64,000 nucleotides of DNA. It comes from an uncultured bacterium (GTDB lineage Bacteria > Babelota > Babeliae > Babelales > Babelaceae). Position 1 is the first letter of the stretch, and each line of letters begins with the position of its first letter. The stretch is from NCBI GenBank assembly GCA_963717435.1, contig OY970332.1, positions 736,001-800,000 of the forward strand. Direction: 5' to 3'. Position numbers and translations under genes: made by a program. This document shows, piece after piece, positions 28,453-38,609 of the stretch. Below the pieces are notes generated by a model that did not search any database, had not been told where the DNA came from, and was given only the letters and a program-made list of their open reading frames with translations.

Positions 28453-29805
28453 ATGTTTGATTTTTTATCAGAAAAATTTTCTTCGATTTTCACCAAAATT
28501 TTAGGTTCTGGCCGACTTGATCAGAATAACATAGAAGAGACTTTGCGTAAAGTTGAGGATGCATTCTTAGAAGCAGACGTGCCTTTAGCAGTTGTTAAAG
28601 AGTTTTCAAGCCAAATTAAAACAGAAGTTATTGGCCAAAAAATTCTCACCTCATTAAAGCCGGCTGAGCATTTAATGAAACTGGTAAACGACAAACTTAT
28701 CCAGTTTTTGTCTGATGGGGCAGCAGATTCACAGTTCTCGTTTAGCATCCCATCAACCATAATGGTCCTAGGGCTTCAAGGTTCAGGTAAAACAACAACA
28801 ATAGCAAAGATTGTCCAGAATATACTGGAGCAAGCAGGGTCACGTGGCAAAAAACGTAAGATATTAATAGCCTCAGTAGATTTTTATAGGCCCGCTGCAA
28901 TCGATCAACTTGAAATACTATCAAAGTCTATTAATAGCTTTGGTTCAGAGATTATATTTTATAGGTCGCCACTAACGGATCCTGTCAAAGCAGCGCAAGA
29001 TATAGCAAACAAAGCAAAACAAGAGTCTTGCGATTTTCTATTTCTGGATACTGCTGGGCGTATGCACGTAGATGAAAATATGATGCTTGAACTAAAGAAT
29101 ATAGATTTGTTACTCAAGCCAAAATATAAGCTGCTGGTTCTGGATTCTATGACAGGACAGGAGTCGCTTTCTGTTGCTCAAGCTTTTTTGAAAAATTTAG
29201 ATTTTACAGGTGCGGTGCTTACCAAAATGGATAGCCAAACTAAAGGCGGCGCGGCTTTTGCTTTTAGATACACGCTAAAAAAACCGATACTATTTGTTGG
29301 TACCGGTGAAAAAATCCAGGATTTGGAACAGTTCAGGCCGGACCGCATAGCTTCACGAATGCTGGGAATGGGAGATCTTGCGAGTCTGCTTGAAAAAGCC
29401 AGTGTTAAAGTAAAGCAAGCGGATCAAGAGGCGCTGTATAAGTCTTTTCAGGACGGCAGATTAACCCTTCAGGACTTTGCGAGCCAGATGGAGATGATCT
29501 CCAAGTTAGGGTCTTTGTCCACTTTGGCAAAATATATGCCGGGTGCCGGGGGGCTTAAGCTTTCTGAAGAAGAAATTCAAAGAGGGGAGTTGGAGATGAA
29601 AAAATTCAAGGCAGTTATGAGCTCGATGACTCGAAAAGAGCGACTGGTGCCTAAGATTTTAGATTCTTCACGTAAAAAAAGAATAGCAAAAGGGGCAGGG
29701 GTTAGCGTTTCTGACGTAGATCTTTTGCTTTCTAGATTTGAACAAAGTCAGCAATTTGCTAAAATCTTTAAGAAGATGGGTAAGTTTCAAAATATTTTTA
29801 AATAG
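28453..29805 (+). CDS. ffh: Signal recognition particle protein Ffh
   Basis: GLQGSGKTT, DTAGR, TKMD, C-terminal M domain. Confidence 0.96.
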   Translation: MFDFLSEKFSSIFTKILGSGRLDQNNIEETLRKVEDAFLEADVPLAVVKEFSSQIKTEVIGQKILTSLKPAEHLMKLVNDKLIQFLSDGAADSQFSFSIPSTIMVLGLQGSGKTTTIAKIVQNILEQAGSRGKKRKILIASVDFYRPAAIDQLEILSKSINSFGSEIIFYRSPLTDPVKAAQDIANKAKQESCDFLFLDTAGRMHVDENMMLELKNIDLLLKPKYKLLVLDSMTGQESLSVAQAFLKNLDFTGAVLTKMDSQTKGGAAFAFRYTLKKPILFVGTGEKIQDLEQFRPDRIASRMLGMGDLASLLEKASVKVKQADQEALYKSFQDGRLTLQDFASQMEMISKLGSLSTLAKYMPGAGGLKLSEEEIQRGELEMKKFKAVMSSMTRKERLVPKILDSSRKKRIAKGAGVSVSDVDLLLSRFEQSQQFAKIFKKMGKFQNIFK

Positions 29806-29865
29806 TTTACAATTAAGTTTACAGTTAAACATAGCTAAATAGCTAAAATAATAAGGGTCTCAAAT

Positions 29866-30117
29866 ATGTCAGTTAAAATCAGATTAGCTCGTATCGGTAA
29901 AAAGCATGCGCCTTTTTTCCGTGTAGTTGCGATCGATTCAAGAAAGAAACGTGATGGGGAAGCTCTAGAAATCCTAGGGACATATGATCCATCAAAGGGT
30001 GAGTGGGTCCGTTTTGATGAAAAAGCGGTAGACGCATGGGTTTCTAAAGGCGCTGTTGTGTCAGATGCTGTTAAGAAATTGCAAAGAACTGGTAAAAAGA
30101 GCGAAGTTTCAGCTTAA
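29866..30117 (+). CDS. rpsP: 30S ribosomal protein S16
   Basis: MSVKIRLAR.GKK..PFFRVV..DSR..RDG. Confidence 0.97.
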   Translation: MSVKIRLARIGKKHAPFFRVVAIDSRKKRDGEALEILGTYDPSKGEWVRFDEKAVDAWVSKGAVVSDAVKKLQRTGKKSEVSA

Positions 30118-30350
30118 TGAAAACTTTAGTTTTAGAGATCATCAAAAAGATGGTTGATCATCCAGATGAGGTTATTGTATCTGAATCTCTTACCGAAAAT
30201 GGTAAAAGCATAATCGATATTAAAGTTTCACCTCAGGATTTGGCAAGAGTTATAGGTAAAGATGGCAGAGTTTTTAAGGCTCTTAGGTCTATCGTAACTC
30301 TTATGGGTCCGGGGAATGTTGATATCGTTCTTGATTCACAAAGCAAATAA
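30117..30350 (+). CDS. khpA: KH-domain RNA-binding protein KhpA (YlqC family)
   Basis: VDHPDEV, DLARVIGKDGR; canonical position after rpsP. Confidence 0.9.
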   Translation: MKTLVLEIIKKMVDHPDEVIVSESLTENGKSIIDIKVSPQDLARVIGKDGRVFKALRSIVTLMGPGNVDIVLDSQSK

Positions 30351-30359
30351 ATATTTTTC

Positions 30360-31715
30360 ATGACGACAGTCTCCATAGCCACATTATTTCCTGGCCTTTA
30401 CAGTTCATTTCTGACAACAAGTTTGGTAAAACGCGCCCAAGAGAGTGGCGCCGTTAATATCGAACTTGCTGATATGTTCAGCTTTGTTGGTCCTAAAAAA
30501 CGGATCGATGGCCCGATTTTTGGTCACGGAGAAGGGGTTGTTATCAAGCCTGATATAGTAAAAAGCTGTGTAGATTCTTTAGAGTCAAAACACGGCAAAG
30601 CTTATAAAATCTTTTTTTCTCCCCAGGGGAAAAAACTTGATCAGGATCTATTAAAAAAAATAGCTTTGGATTCTTCAAAAATTGGTCATATTATGCTTCT
30701 TCCTGCTCGTTACGAGGGAATGGACTCTAGGGTCGAAGAATATTACTCTGATATGACAATATCTATTGGTGACTTTGTCTTGATGGGCGGAGATCTTCCT
30801 GCCATGATTTTAATGGAAGGGTTGTTAAGACTTTTTTCAGGTGTTGTGGGCAAAGAACTTTCTGTTCAAGAAGATTCTTTTTCAGGTCCATTTGTTGACT
30901 ATCCGTCTTATACTGAACCGGTAACCTGGCAAGATCTAACTGTCCCTGAGGTGCTGCGCTCAGGAAATCATGGACTTGTTGATGCGTGGCGAAAAGATAT
31001 TGCAGCAGAAAAAACTGTAAAGTCGCATTTTCAGTGGCTCAGAACGCACGTAGAAGATAAGCAGGATATTAAGCTGGCAAAGAAGTTTATACCGAACCAT
31101 TATGTTGCCCTGATGCACTCTGATGTGCTGGTTCCTGCACCTGAAGAGCTTGATTCAGAAAATAATAAAAATAATAGTAAAAATAATAATAGAGTTACTG
31201 GCGACTCTTCTGTAACCTCTATCGATATACATGATATTGCACGATCAGCCAAAACTTATGGGCTGTCAGGTTATTTTGTTGTTACAAGACTTCTTGATCA
31301 ACAAAAGATAGTTAACACTCTTTTGGACTTTTGGAAGACTGGTTCAGGCGTTACTTATAACGCATCGCGTCATCAGGCTGTTAAAGAAGTGGAACTTGCC
31401 GAAAATCTTGATTCTGTGATTGCAAAAATAGAGTCGGTAGAAAATAAAAAGCCTGTTATTATTGTTACTTCTGCAAAAGATATTGGGGATGGGAAAAAGA
31501 TTACTTATTACGATCAGGAAGTAGTTTGGGCATTAGATAGACCGGTGCTATTTTTATTGGGAACTGCCAGGGGTTTATCTCCTCAGTTGGTTGAAAAAGC
31601 CGACTTTGCGTTGCTTCCAATATATGGCTTTTCGGAATTTAATCATCTTTCGGTCAGATCCGCCGCTGCGGTTATTTTTGATAGATGGTTAGGTATTAGT
31701 CGCACAAAAATTTAA
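30360..31715 (+). CDS. trmD: tRNA (guanine-N1)-methyltransferase TrmD fused to a C-terminal SPOUT methyltransferase domain
   Basis: RYEGMDSRV, SIGDFVLMGGD, VPEVLRSGNH; C-terminal DIHDIARSAKTYG...NHLSVRSAAAVIFDR. Confidence 0.92.
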   Translation: MTTVSIATLFPGLYSSFLTTSLVKRAQESGAVNIELADMFSFVGPKKRIDGPIFGHGEGVVIKPDIVKSCVDSLESKHGKAYKIFFSPQGKKLDQDLLKKIALDSSKIGHIMLLPARYEGMDSRVEEYYSDMTISIGDFVLMGGDLPAMILMEGLLRLFSGVVGKELSVQEDSFSGPFVDYPSYTEPVTWQDLTVPEVLRSGNHGLVDAWRKDIAAEKTVKSHFQWLRTHVEDKQDIKLAKKFIPNHYVALMHSDVLVPAPEELDSENNKNNSKNNNRVTGDSSVTSIDIHDIARSAKTYGLSGYFVVTRLLDQQKIVNTLLDFWKTGSGVTYNASRHQAVKEVELAENLDSVIAKIESVENKKPVIIVTSAKDIGDGKKITYYDQEVVWALDRPVLFLLGTARGLSPQLVEKADFALLPIYGFSEFNHLSVRSAAAVIFDRWLGISRTKI

Positions 31716-31775
31716 AAAATGGTATAATAATCAAACAAATTATAGTTTAAGATATAAACTTTTGAGGATAAAAAT

Positions 31776-32180
31776 ATGAAGGCAAAAAAATTAACAAGAG
31801 AGACGATCAGAGATTTTGGTGCTGTTGATCGTGGGTTCCCCAAGTTCCAAGTTGGCGACACAATCGTTGTTAGCCAAAAAATTAAAGAAGGCGACAAAGA
31901 GCGTACACAGCTTTTTGAAGGTGACGTTATATCAATCAAAAATAATGGCGGCTCATCAACCTTTACAGTAAGAAAAATTGCATCTAACAGTGTCCCTGTT
32001 GAGCGTATTTTCCCTATGCAATCACCACTTGTTGAATCAATTAAGTTTGTAAGAAGTGGTAAGGTTAGAAGAGCTAAGCTTTATTATATGAGACACAGAG
32101 TTGGTAAAGCTTCAAGAGTACAAGAAAAAGTTATGACAAAAGAGCAAAAAGAGCAAAATACAGCAAATAGAGCTGCATAA
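31776..32180 (+). CDS. rplS: 50S ribosomal protein L19
   Basis: [30 protein letters not shown]. Confidence 0.97.
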   Translation: MKAKKLTRETIRDFGAVDRGFPKFQVGDTIVVSQKIKEGDKERTQLFEGDVISIKNNGGSSTFTVRKIASNSVPVERIFPMQSPLVESIKFVRSGKVRRAKLYYMRHRVGKASRVQEKVMTKEQKEQNTANRAA

Positions 32181-32204
32181 ATTCCCAATCTGGGGTTAAT
32201 TATT

Positions 32205-32675
32205 TTGTACTTTCATAATCTTCTTCGTATTTTTATCCTGATATTAATACTTGCCGGGTGCGAAAAAAAGCGCCCGGTTAAGTTGCAGTTTATCGATCAA
32301 GCTCGGCTTGTTGATATCCCAATTCCGCCCAGCGTCAATCCTATAAATTTAAATCACAAAGCAAATAGTAATATTAATAATCACAGTGAGAATATCACTT
32401 CTGACAATAATAACTCTGCTAGCAAAGTTATATCTCTAAAATTTAACTCAAAATTATCTTTTTCTTGGCTAAAAAAATTCTATCTAGAACAGATGGAACT
32501 AGCTGACTGGCAGCTTGCTTGGACAGCACCAGCGCAGCAACAAACTTCTTTTATTTTTCAAAAACCCAATCGTGTCTGTAATATTGTTATAGAAAATCTT
32601 GATCAAGATTTTTCCGGAACAAGCAATAAAACAAATTTGGGATGTGAAGTCAGACTAATTTCCGGGCCGCTATAA
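32205..32675 (+). CDS. Putative lipoprotein
   Basis: Hydrophobic stretch plus lipobox LAGC. Confidence 0.6.
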   Translation: MYFHNLLRIFILILILAGCEKKRPVKLQFIDQARLVDIPIPPSVNPINLNHKANSNINNHSENITSDNNNSASKVISLKFNSKLSFSWLKKFYLEQMELADWQLAWTAPAQQQTSFIFQKPNRVCNIVIENLDQDFSGTSNKTNLGCEVRLISGPL

Positions 32676-32695
32676 AAACTTATATAAAGCTTAAT

Positions 32696-34201
32696 TTACT
32701 TCTTAATCTCTTTAAACTCTACATATTTTTCTTTAATCAAGCCTTCTTGCAAAGCTTTAGGCAATAATTCAAAAACTGTTTTAAGTTTTGGATAAGAAAT
32801 AATAAATGCAAAATTATTTTTAGTCTTTAATGTTTCCTGTTCTTTGCGATTGTTTAATATGGCCTCAAATAATAAGATGGCAGTCATACCATTTGTTGTT
32901 CTAGTCAGTTTTTGAAACTCTTTATTAATATCAAATACTCCGGCAAAATTCCATACTTTGATATAACCGCTATAGCAGCCCGCAATTGCAATATTAGTTT
33001 CTTTGTTCCAATCGATAGTCTCTACATCACTTTCAGTCTTCAAAACTGCTATGGGATTATTATCCAATATTTTTTTATCATCTGAAACACGCCACACTAA
33101 AACCGCTTTCATGTTGGAATCCATACAAAGTACAAATTTGCTATCCGGGCTCCAAGCAATTCCATTTTTTGTAGTTGAAAAATTATCTGAGTGACCCTTA
33201 TATTTTTTCAACGATTCAGGTATTTTTGAAAACTTTGCGATAGCTCCATTTTTTTCTACGTCAAAGATCTTGATACCGCCTTCTCCTGCAGCCATAAATA
33301 TATATTTTCCATTAGGGCTGGCAAAGATTTTTGTACCATACCCCAATGACTGAAAAGTTTGTTTTTTAGATTGGTTATTAATATCGTATATAGTATCATA
33401 TACGAGTATTGAATTGTTGTTTACCCAGGAAATATTCGTATTAGAACCTACATCAATTTTGTCTAATGCTTTAATTAGATTTGGATTTTTAATATCTGAA
33501 AAGTCCCATAATTCTATGCCATTTGGAAAACGTTCATACAAAATTAGTGCCATGTGATTCTGCTTGTTAAAACTTACTTCTTTAACTTTTTGAGCTATGT
33601 TATATCTAAAAATTTCTATTGGATTTTTAGGATCTTTCATATTTAAAATTTTAAAATAATTGTCACATCCTAAAAAAAGATAATCCGCAGGGAGCCATTT
33701 AAGCGCGCTAATTTTATCATGGCCGTTATTAAAAATTTTCAGCTCTTTTGGTTCTATTGATGATAAATCCCATATTTTCATGAGAGCCCTATTTGAGTAA
33801 GCAGTGGCCGCATATTCTCCATCTGGGCTTATGCTAACAAGATCTGCTATTCCATGATCCATAGCTTTGACATAATACTCTTCTACAGAATTCAATGACA
33901 GCTGAAACGCTTTCAGAGTTAACGGGCTATCAAGAACAGATAAATATTGTTCCATTACCCTTTTATTAACTTCAAATAGTTTTGGCTTGTCTGTCCAGTT
34001 AGTTTTCAAACTCCAAATGAATTTTTTTTCTTCGGGTGTGCCGACTGGCAGACTTTCAATCGTCTCCTGTTTTACTGCAAAAAAAGAATTTACATATTTC
34101 TTAAGATTGTCAAAATTAAAACCCATGCCGCTTAAAGAGATATTTAAAAAAACAATCGAAACAATAAATATTTTTTTAAATAACAAACTTAACTGTTTCA
34201 T
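32696..34201 (-). CDS. Exported WD40 repeat protein
   Basis: Repeats SPDG...KIWD, WSPDS...VW, G.IKVWN; signal-like N-terminus. Confidence 0.85.
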   Translation of the reverse strand: MKQLSLLFKKIFIVSIVFLNISLSGMGFNFDNLKKYVNSFFAVKQETIESLPVGTPEEKKFIWSLKTNWTDKPKLFEVNKRVMEQYLSVLDSPLTLKAFQLSLNSVEEYYVKAMDHGIADLVSISPDGEYAATAYSNRALMKIWDLSSIEPKELKIFNNGHDKISALKWLPADYLFLGCDNYFKILNMKDPKNPIEIFRYNIAQKVKEVSFNKQNHMALILYERFPNGIELWDFSDIKNPNLIKALDKIDVGSNTNISWVNNNSILVYDTIYDINNQSKKQTFQSLGYGTKIFASPNGKYIFMAAGEGGIKIFDVEKNGAIAKFSKIPESLKKYKGHSDNFSTTKNGIAWSPDSKFVLCMDSNMKAVLVWRVSDDKKILDNNPIAVLKTESDVETIDWNKETNIAIAGCYSGYIKVWNFAGVFDINKEFQKLTRTTNGMTAILLFEAILNNRKEQETLKTKNNFAFIISYPKLKTVFELLPKALQEGLIKEKYVEFKEIKK

Positions 34202-34349
34202 TTACTTATTTCTCTTATTTTTGGTTAATGACAAATTTATAAAACATTTAATTTTATTATTAGCAGTTCTCTTTTTGGATAACAAGAGTTTTTTGGATAA
34301 AATTTTGCGCCCACCAACTTTTAGGCCAGTGAGCGCACAGTTTATTTAT

Positions 34350-34673
34350 CTATCTATAATATCTTCCATGGTGGTAATACCCTGGGCCATAATAGCCTGG
34401 TCCATAACCATAACCAACGCTTACGTATGGGCCACCATAATACCCGCCGCCATAATATCCGTCATAATAATCATCAGGATAATAACCGTAATCTCTGTTT
34501 CTTTCTGCTGCTGAAGCTATTGCGCCACCGATTATAGCACCGCCGATAAGACCACCGGCAACTGCTCCACCAGTACCAGCTTTTATTTCATTACCACTTG
34601 TTGTAGCTATAATCAGCCCAAGTGCCAATAAAACTTTATTTAACTTACTCGATTTTATATTCTTCATCTTCAT
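34350..34673 (-). CDS. Small exported glycine-zipper protein with Gly/Tyr-rich tail
   Basis: GGAGG RBS; GGAVAGGLIGGAIIGGAIA; YYGGGYYG. Confidence 0.7.
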   Translation of the reverse strand: MKMKNIKSSKLNKVLLALGLIIATTSGNEIKAGTGGAVAGGLIGGAIIGGAIASAAERNRDYGYYPDDYYDGYYGGGYYGGPYVSVGYGYGPGYYGPGYYHHGRYYR

Positions 34674-34715
34674 AATAACCTCCGTTTTTATATTATTATT
34701 TTTTAATTATCTTAA

Positions 34716-35042
34716 TTATCTTCTAGTATCTACCGTTCCTGGTCCACGTTTGTTCTTGTCATAGTACCATTCTCTTGTTGAGTATTCTCGTCCCTTTAAA
34801 GTTGGGTTATCAAAAACACTATTATCAAAACCGCGCGAGTAGTTTGATCTAACTGGATCGCCTATGCCGGGAGCAACTGGGTAATTTTCACTTTCGGGAG
34901 TGTTGGGCAAGTCACCGTTTGTTGATTGAGCCGCGGTCTCTCTTCTAGAAATATCTTTTGAATATAGTCCTGAGACTGACGCTACTAGTCCAATAAAAAT
35001 AAAATTTGCTATTATATTTTTGAAATTCATATAACTCTCCAA
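34716..35042 (-). CDS. Small hypothetical exported protein
   Basis: Signal-like N-terminus; likely ATG at 35030 after GGAG. Confidence 0.55.
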   Translation of the reverse strand: MESYMNFKNIIANFIFIGLVASVSGLYSKDISRRETAAQSTNGDLPNTPESENYPVAPGIGDPVRSNYSRGFDNSVFDNPTLKGREYSTREWYYDKNKRGPGTVDTRR

Positions 35043-35060
35043 TTTTTAACTTTTTTATAA

Positions 35061-35306
35061 TTAATAAACTGGCTTTTCACCAATTAATGTCTGTTGCTGT
35101 TGAATCGCAGCCGATTCAGGGTATCCAAAATGGTGATGAACCTCATTTTCTTCCCTATCTGCTTCGTTATAATAATTTTTAGGAGGCATGTTTATAGCTG
35201 CTCCCCTATATCTTCTACACTCTGATTTGATACCTGAAGACAAAAAAGCCAGGTATAAAACAGCTGCAAAAACACCTAATTTTATTATTTTGAATAACAT
35301 GGTCAT
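35061..35306 (-). CDS. Small hypothetical exported protein
   Basis: GAGG RBS, hydrophobic N-terminus. Confidence 0.55.
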   Translation of the reverse strand: MTMLFKIIKLGVFAAVLYLAFLSSGIKSECRRYRGAAINMPPKNYYNEADREENEVHHHFGYPESAAIQQQQTLIGEKPVY

Positions 35307-35598
35307 AACCTCTCAGTTTTGATACTGGTTCGAATACCAGTTTTTCTATATTTTCTACTATATCTATAGTTTCAGGTTAGCAGAATAAAGCTTGGAAAAT
35401 CAATGGTTTTTCAGGTTTTAGCTGTTTTGGCAAATTTGAACCTGTTTTTTGGCAACCCGAATTATAAAAACTTTTAATGGGTTATACCGACTTAAGACTT
35501 AAAAAGTCTGATATAGTAAAAGCGAGTCTTTTACCAGTAAACTTTGTCTTCTGGCATTAAATTTTTCATAACTACTCTTTTTTTTAACAAATAATTTT

Positions 35599-36774
35599 TT
35601 ATAAATTTTTATACAGATTAGCATGATCGCTAATCATTTTTGAATAATCAAAATCTGTTAAGTTTTCTTCGAAGTTTTTTAAACTATCATACAGTTTTCT
35701 GTTTGTGCTTATCTCAAGCATGCCATCAGCAAGTAGCTCCCATTTTTTTTGTGGATATAAATATCCATTTTTGCCATTAATTATGACATCAGATATTCCC
35801 CCGGTGTTATAAGACAAAACTGGAAGCTTAAGTAATCTCGCTTCGATAACCGCACATGGCAGCCCTTCCCAAAGTGAGCTTAATACAAAGCTATCCCAAT
35901 TTTTCATAAATTTAGCTACATCGTGTTGCCAGCTGTGCAAAATAACAACATCCTTCAGATTATATTCTTGAATTTTTTGTTCGATATCTTTTCTTAATAC
36001 CCCGTCGCCGATAATCTCTAATCTTATATTATTATTTTTTTGATAAGCACAGTTAAACGCTTCTATGAGATCTAACAGGTTTTTTTGTGGCTTGAAGCAT
36101 GAGATCGACCCGAATGTGAAGTTGGCGCCATCCCTCGATACATTTTTCTCCGTTTCACTACGAAAAACACTCGGGACGAGCGGGGTGCTGGCAAAATCTA
36201 CTAGAAACTTGTCAGAATCGACAGCGGCGCGTATTAGAGCATATTTTTTCTTGAAACCGGGGATAAGTTTATTTCCAGTTTTAATATCATGGGAAGAGAC
36301 ACAAACAAATTTTGTTGTTATCAGCCCAGTTAATAACTCCGGGATATATATCAAGAGCCATTTTAAATAATTTTGATGCTCATGAAAGCCGTAGCCATGA
36401 ACAGTGTGAACCCTGTTTTTTATTCCTGCAAATAGTGCTGCCCAGCGGCCAACTATACCAGCTTTGGTGCTATGCGTGTGAACTATAATATTGGGGTTAT
36501 TTTTTTTAATTTTTCTCAGCTCTTTAATTAAAATAAAAAAATTTTTTATTTCCAAAAAAATAGCTTTAAAAGAAATTTCTCTTTTAAAGCTATCCAATAA
36601 AATTATATTTTTGTCAGATTTGACACTATCACTTAAGAGTCCATCAGAGCCAGATATTAATATAGTCTCAAAGTTTTCTTTTCTTAAGCCATCAAGCAGA
36701 GCAAGACAAACTTTTTGCGCACCGCCAAGTTCAAGTTTTGTGATTATATAAACTACAGTTTGATTTTTTTGCAT
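35599..36774 (-). CDS. GT4 family glycosyltransferase (in-frame repeat in linker)
   Basis: GGAQ, HTHSTKAG, HTVHG, SLWEGLP..VIEA. Confidence 0.93.
   Translation of the reverse strand: MQKNQTVVYIITKLELGGAQKVCLALLDGLRKENFETILISGSDGLLSDSVKSDKNIILLDSFKREISFKAIFLEIKNFFILIKELRKIKKNNPNIIVHTHSTKAGIVGRWAALFAGIKNRVHTVHGYGFHEHQNYLKWLLIYIPELLTGLITTKFVCVSSHDIKTGNKLIPGFKKKYALIRAAVDSDKFLVDFASTPLVPSVFRSETEKNVSRDGANFTFGSISCFKPQKNLLDLIEAFNCAYQKNNNIRLEIIGDGVLRKDIEQKIQEYNLKDVVILHSWQHDVAKFMKNWDSFVLSSLWEGLPCAVIEARLLKLPVLSYNTGGISDVIINGKNGYLYPQKKWELLADGMLEISTNRKLYDSLKNFEENLTDFDYSKMISDHANLYKNL
36125..36188 (-). repeat. Repeat family A copy 4, in-frame within glycosyltransferase
   Basis: ATCCCTCGATACATTTTTC...GAAAAACACTCGGGACGAGCGGGG; encodes PLVPSVFRSETEKNVSRDG. 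Confidence 0.88.
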
Positions 36775-36820
36775 AGCACTCTACCACTTTTTTTTATTAC
36801 TCTTTTTTGTAAAAAATATT

Positions 36821-37777
36821 TTAAATATTAAAAACAAGCATCAACATAGTAGCACCGAAACAGTATACAGCAGAAGCGTCTATAAAGCCCTGTGTGAGTA
36901 TACTCGACTTTGAAATAAGAGAATAAAGTTCAGGTCTTTTTGCAAGTTGGTTGCACGCAGCAACGGCAGTTTTTCCTGAAGCGATTCCACAACCTAATGG
37001 CCCGATGCCCATTAAAAGTGCCATGGCCAAAAACACAAACGCGCTAATCGGTGTGATATTAAAATTTACAGTTGCTAAAATTGCGCTTGTTATTAGTGAG
37101 AATAAAACAGGAGTTTCGATCATCGCCTGGCTGATAAAAGTAAGAGAAAGAATTTTCGGGTAAGCCAATCTGTTATAGCTGATCCCGTCGTATGCGCTTT
37201 GCGCAAATTTGCTTATCCCAATTAATGGCCCAATAGAACCAAGGCCTATACAGAGCCCGCTAGAAAACAGTTTAACTGCGTCATGTATATTTGTTATAGA
37301 ATTTATTTTGCTTACAATTATTGCCGCCACAATAAATCCAAAAATAAACGAAGTTTGCAAAATCGATAAACTTAGTAGCATTAAGTTTGTTATTTTCTTG
37401 CTCAAAAATGGCTGTCTTGAAATAGCATAAATTGCTCTTTGGGCAGGTTTTACTGAAACCAAACTTGCTGTTAATCCTGTAAAAATTAATGCAGCTGCAA
37501 CGCCCAGTTCAGCAAAAATTGTATATATGTTTGCCGGATTTTTTAAAACAAATAAAAGCGCCATCGATAAAACCATACTTAATACCGCGCAGGTTTCAAG
37601 TAGGCCCATGGCAATTAAAGACAAGGTTCTTAAATCGTTTTTTGCAGCTGGCTGGATATTAATTGCATCAACAGTTGTTGTAGCAATTTCGCCCTGTCCT
37701 TTTGCGACGGCCCAAGAATTAACTATGAGTATAGATAAAATTATTAAGTAGTGAATTAACTGAAAATACTCTGTCAT
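36821..37777 (-). CDS. atpE: ATP synthase F0 subunit c-like proteolipid with four fused hairpins
   Basis: 318 aa; four repeats with loops IQP/RQP/YNR/KRP and ion-site positions LLET, ILQT, MIET, FIDA; overlaps atpB. Confidence 0.8.
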   Translation of the reverse strand: MTEYFQLIHYLIILSILIVNSWAVAKGQGEIATTTVDAINIQPAAKNDLRTLSLIAMGLLETCAVLSMVLSMALLFVLKNPANIYTIFAELGVAAALIFTGLTASLVSVKPAQRAIYAISRQPFLSKKITNLMLLSLSILQTSFIFGFIVAAIIVSKINSITNIHDAVKLFSSGLCIGLGSIGPLIGISKFAQSAYDGISYNRLAYPKILSLTFISQAMIETPVLFSLITSAILATVNFNITPISAFVFLAMALLMGIGPLGCGIASGKTAVAACNQLAKRPELYSLISKSSILTQGFIDASAVYCFGATMLMLVFNI

Positions 37778-38499
37778 TTGGGCTCCTCTTGAACAAGTAA
37801 AGCTAAATTGGTTAACGAGATTATTGAGAACACAAATGATTGCAAAAAGCCCTCAAAGATTATAAAAAAAGCGGTAATTATAAACGGGATCCCAAAAATA
37901 GATGTGATTAAGTGCCCTATAACGGACCCTGAAACGGCTTTGTTATACATGGTCACAATAATCGCTCCGCCAAAGATATTACCAAACAATCTAAAAGAGA
38001 GTGACATTATTGTCGCCAGTTCCCCGATTATATTCAAAAATACCATGGGCGCAAATGGCGAAAAATAGTGGTGAATATAAGCATATAGCCCATTTTTCTT
38101 TATAGAAGCAATTTGGATATAAAGAAAAGTTATAATAGCAAGCGCCAGTGTAGTATTGAGGTCTTTTGTGGGTTCTTCAAGTTCAGGAATTAAAGCTATC
38201 CAGTTGCATGCCAGAATAAATAAAAAAATCGAAGTGATAAAACTAAAATAATTAAAAGAGAATTTGCCAACAGACTGCTGGATCATGGTCATGAAGTTTA
38301 TTACTATATTTTTTGTAATAAATCCCGCCACAGTCTCTTTTTTGTATAAAATAAGATACCTGCCCAAAATCCCCAGGGCAAGTAAAATTCCCATGGCGAT
38401 CCAGGTATTGATTAGTGTTTCACTGTTTAATATAGCAAATATGCTTTTTATATTTGCCAGTTGCCACTGGTGCGTCCCAAATATTTGGATGCCTTCCAC
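37774..38499 (-). CDS. atpB: ATP synthase F0 subunit a
   Basis: PTKDLNTTLALA, SLSFRLFGNIFGG, EGFLQSFVF. Confidence 0.95.
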   Translation of the reverse strand: MEGIQIFGTHQWQLANIKSIFAILNSETLINTWIAMGILLALGILGRYLILYKKETVAGFITKNIVINFMTMIQQSVGKFSFNYFSFITSIFLFILACNWIALIPELEEPTKDLNTTLALAIITFLYIQIASIKKNGLYAYIHHYFSPFAPMVFLNIIGELATIMSLSFRLFGNIFGGAIIVTMYNKAVSGSVIGHLITSIFGIPFIITAFFIIFEGFLQSFVFSIISLTNLALLVQEEPK

Positions 38500-38609
38500 G
38501 CGTAGCCTCTTTTTGATAAAGATTTAATCAGACTGAAAATTAATTTTTATTCTGATCCTAATTATAAGTTTATTTATTTTTCGACGCAACAAAACTGTTT
38601 AAATAATCT

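Noticed and set aside
34272-34337. TTTTTGGATAA direct repeat and imperfect TGCGCCCAC/GTGAGCGCA hairpin
   Set aside because: Short and low complexity; probably a weak terminator or chance
33987-34514. 175-aa plus-strand ORF
   Set aside because: Antisense shadow of the WD40 and Gly/Tyr-rich genes
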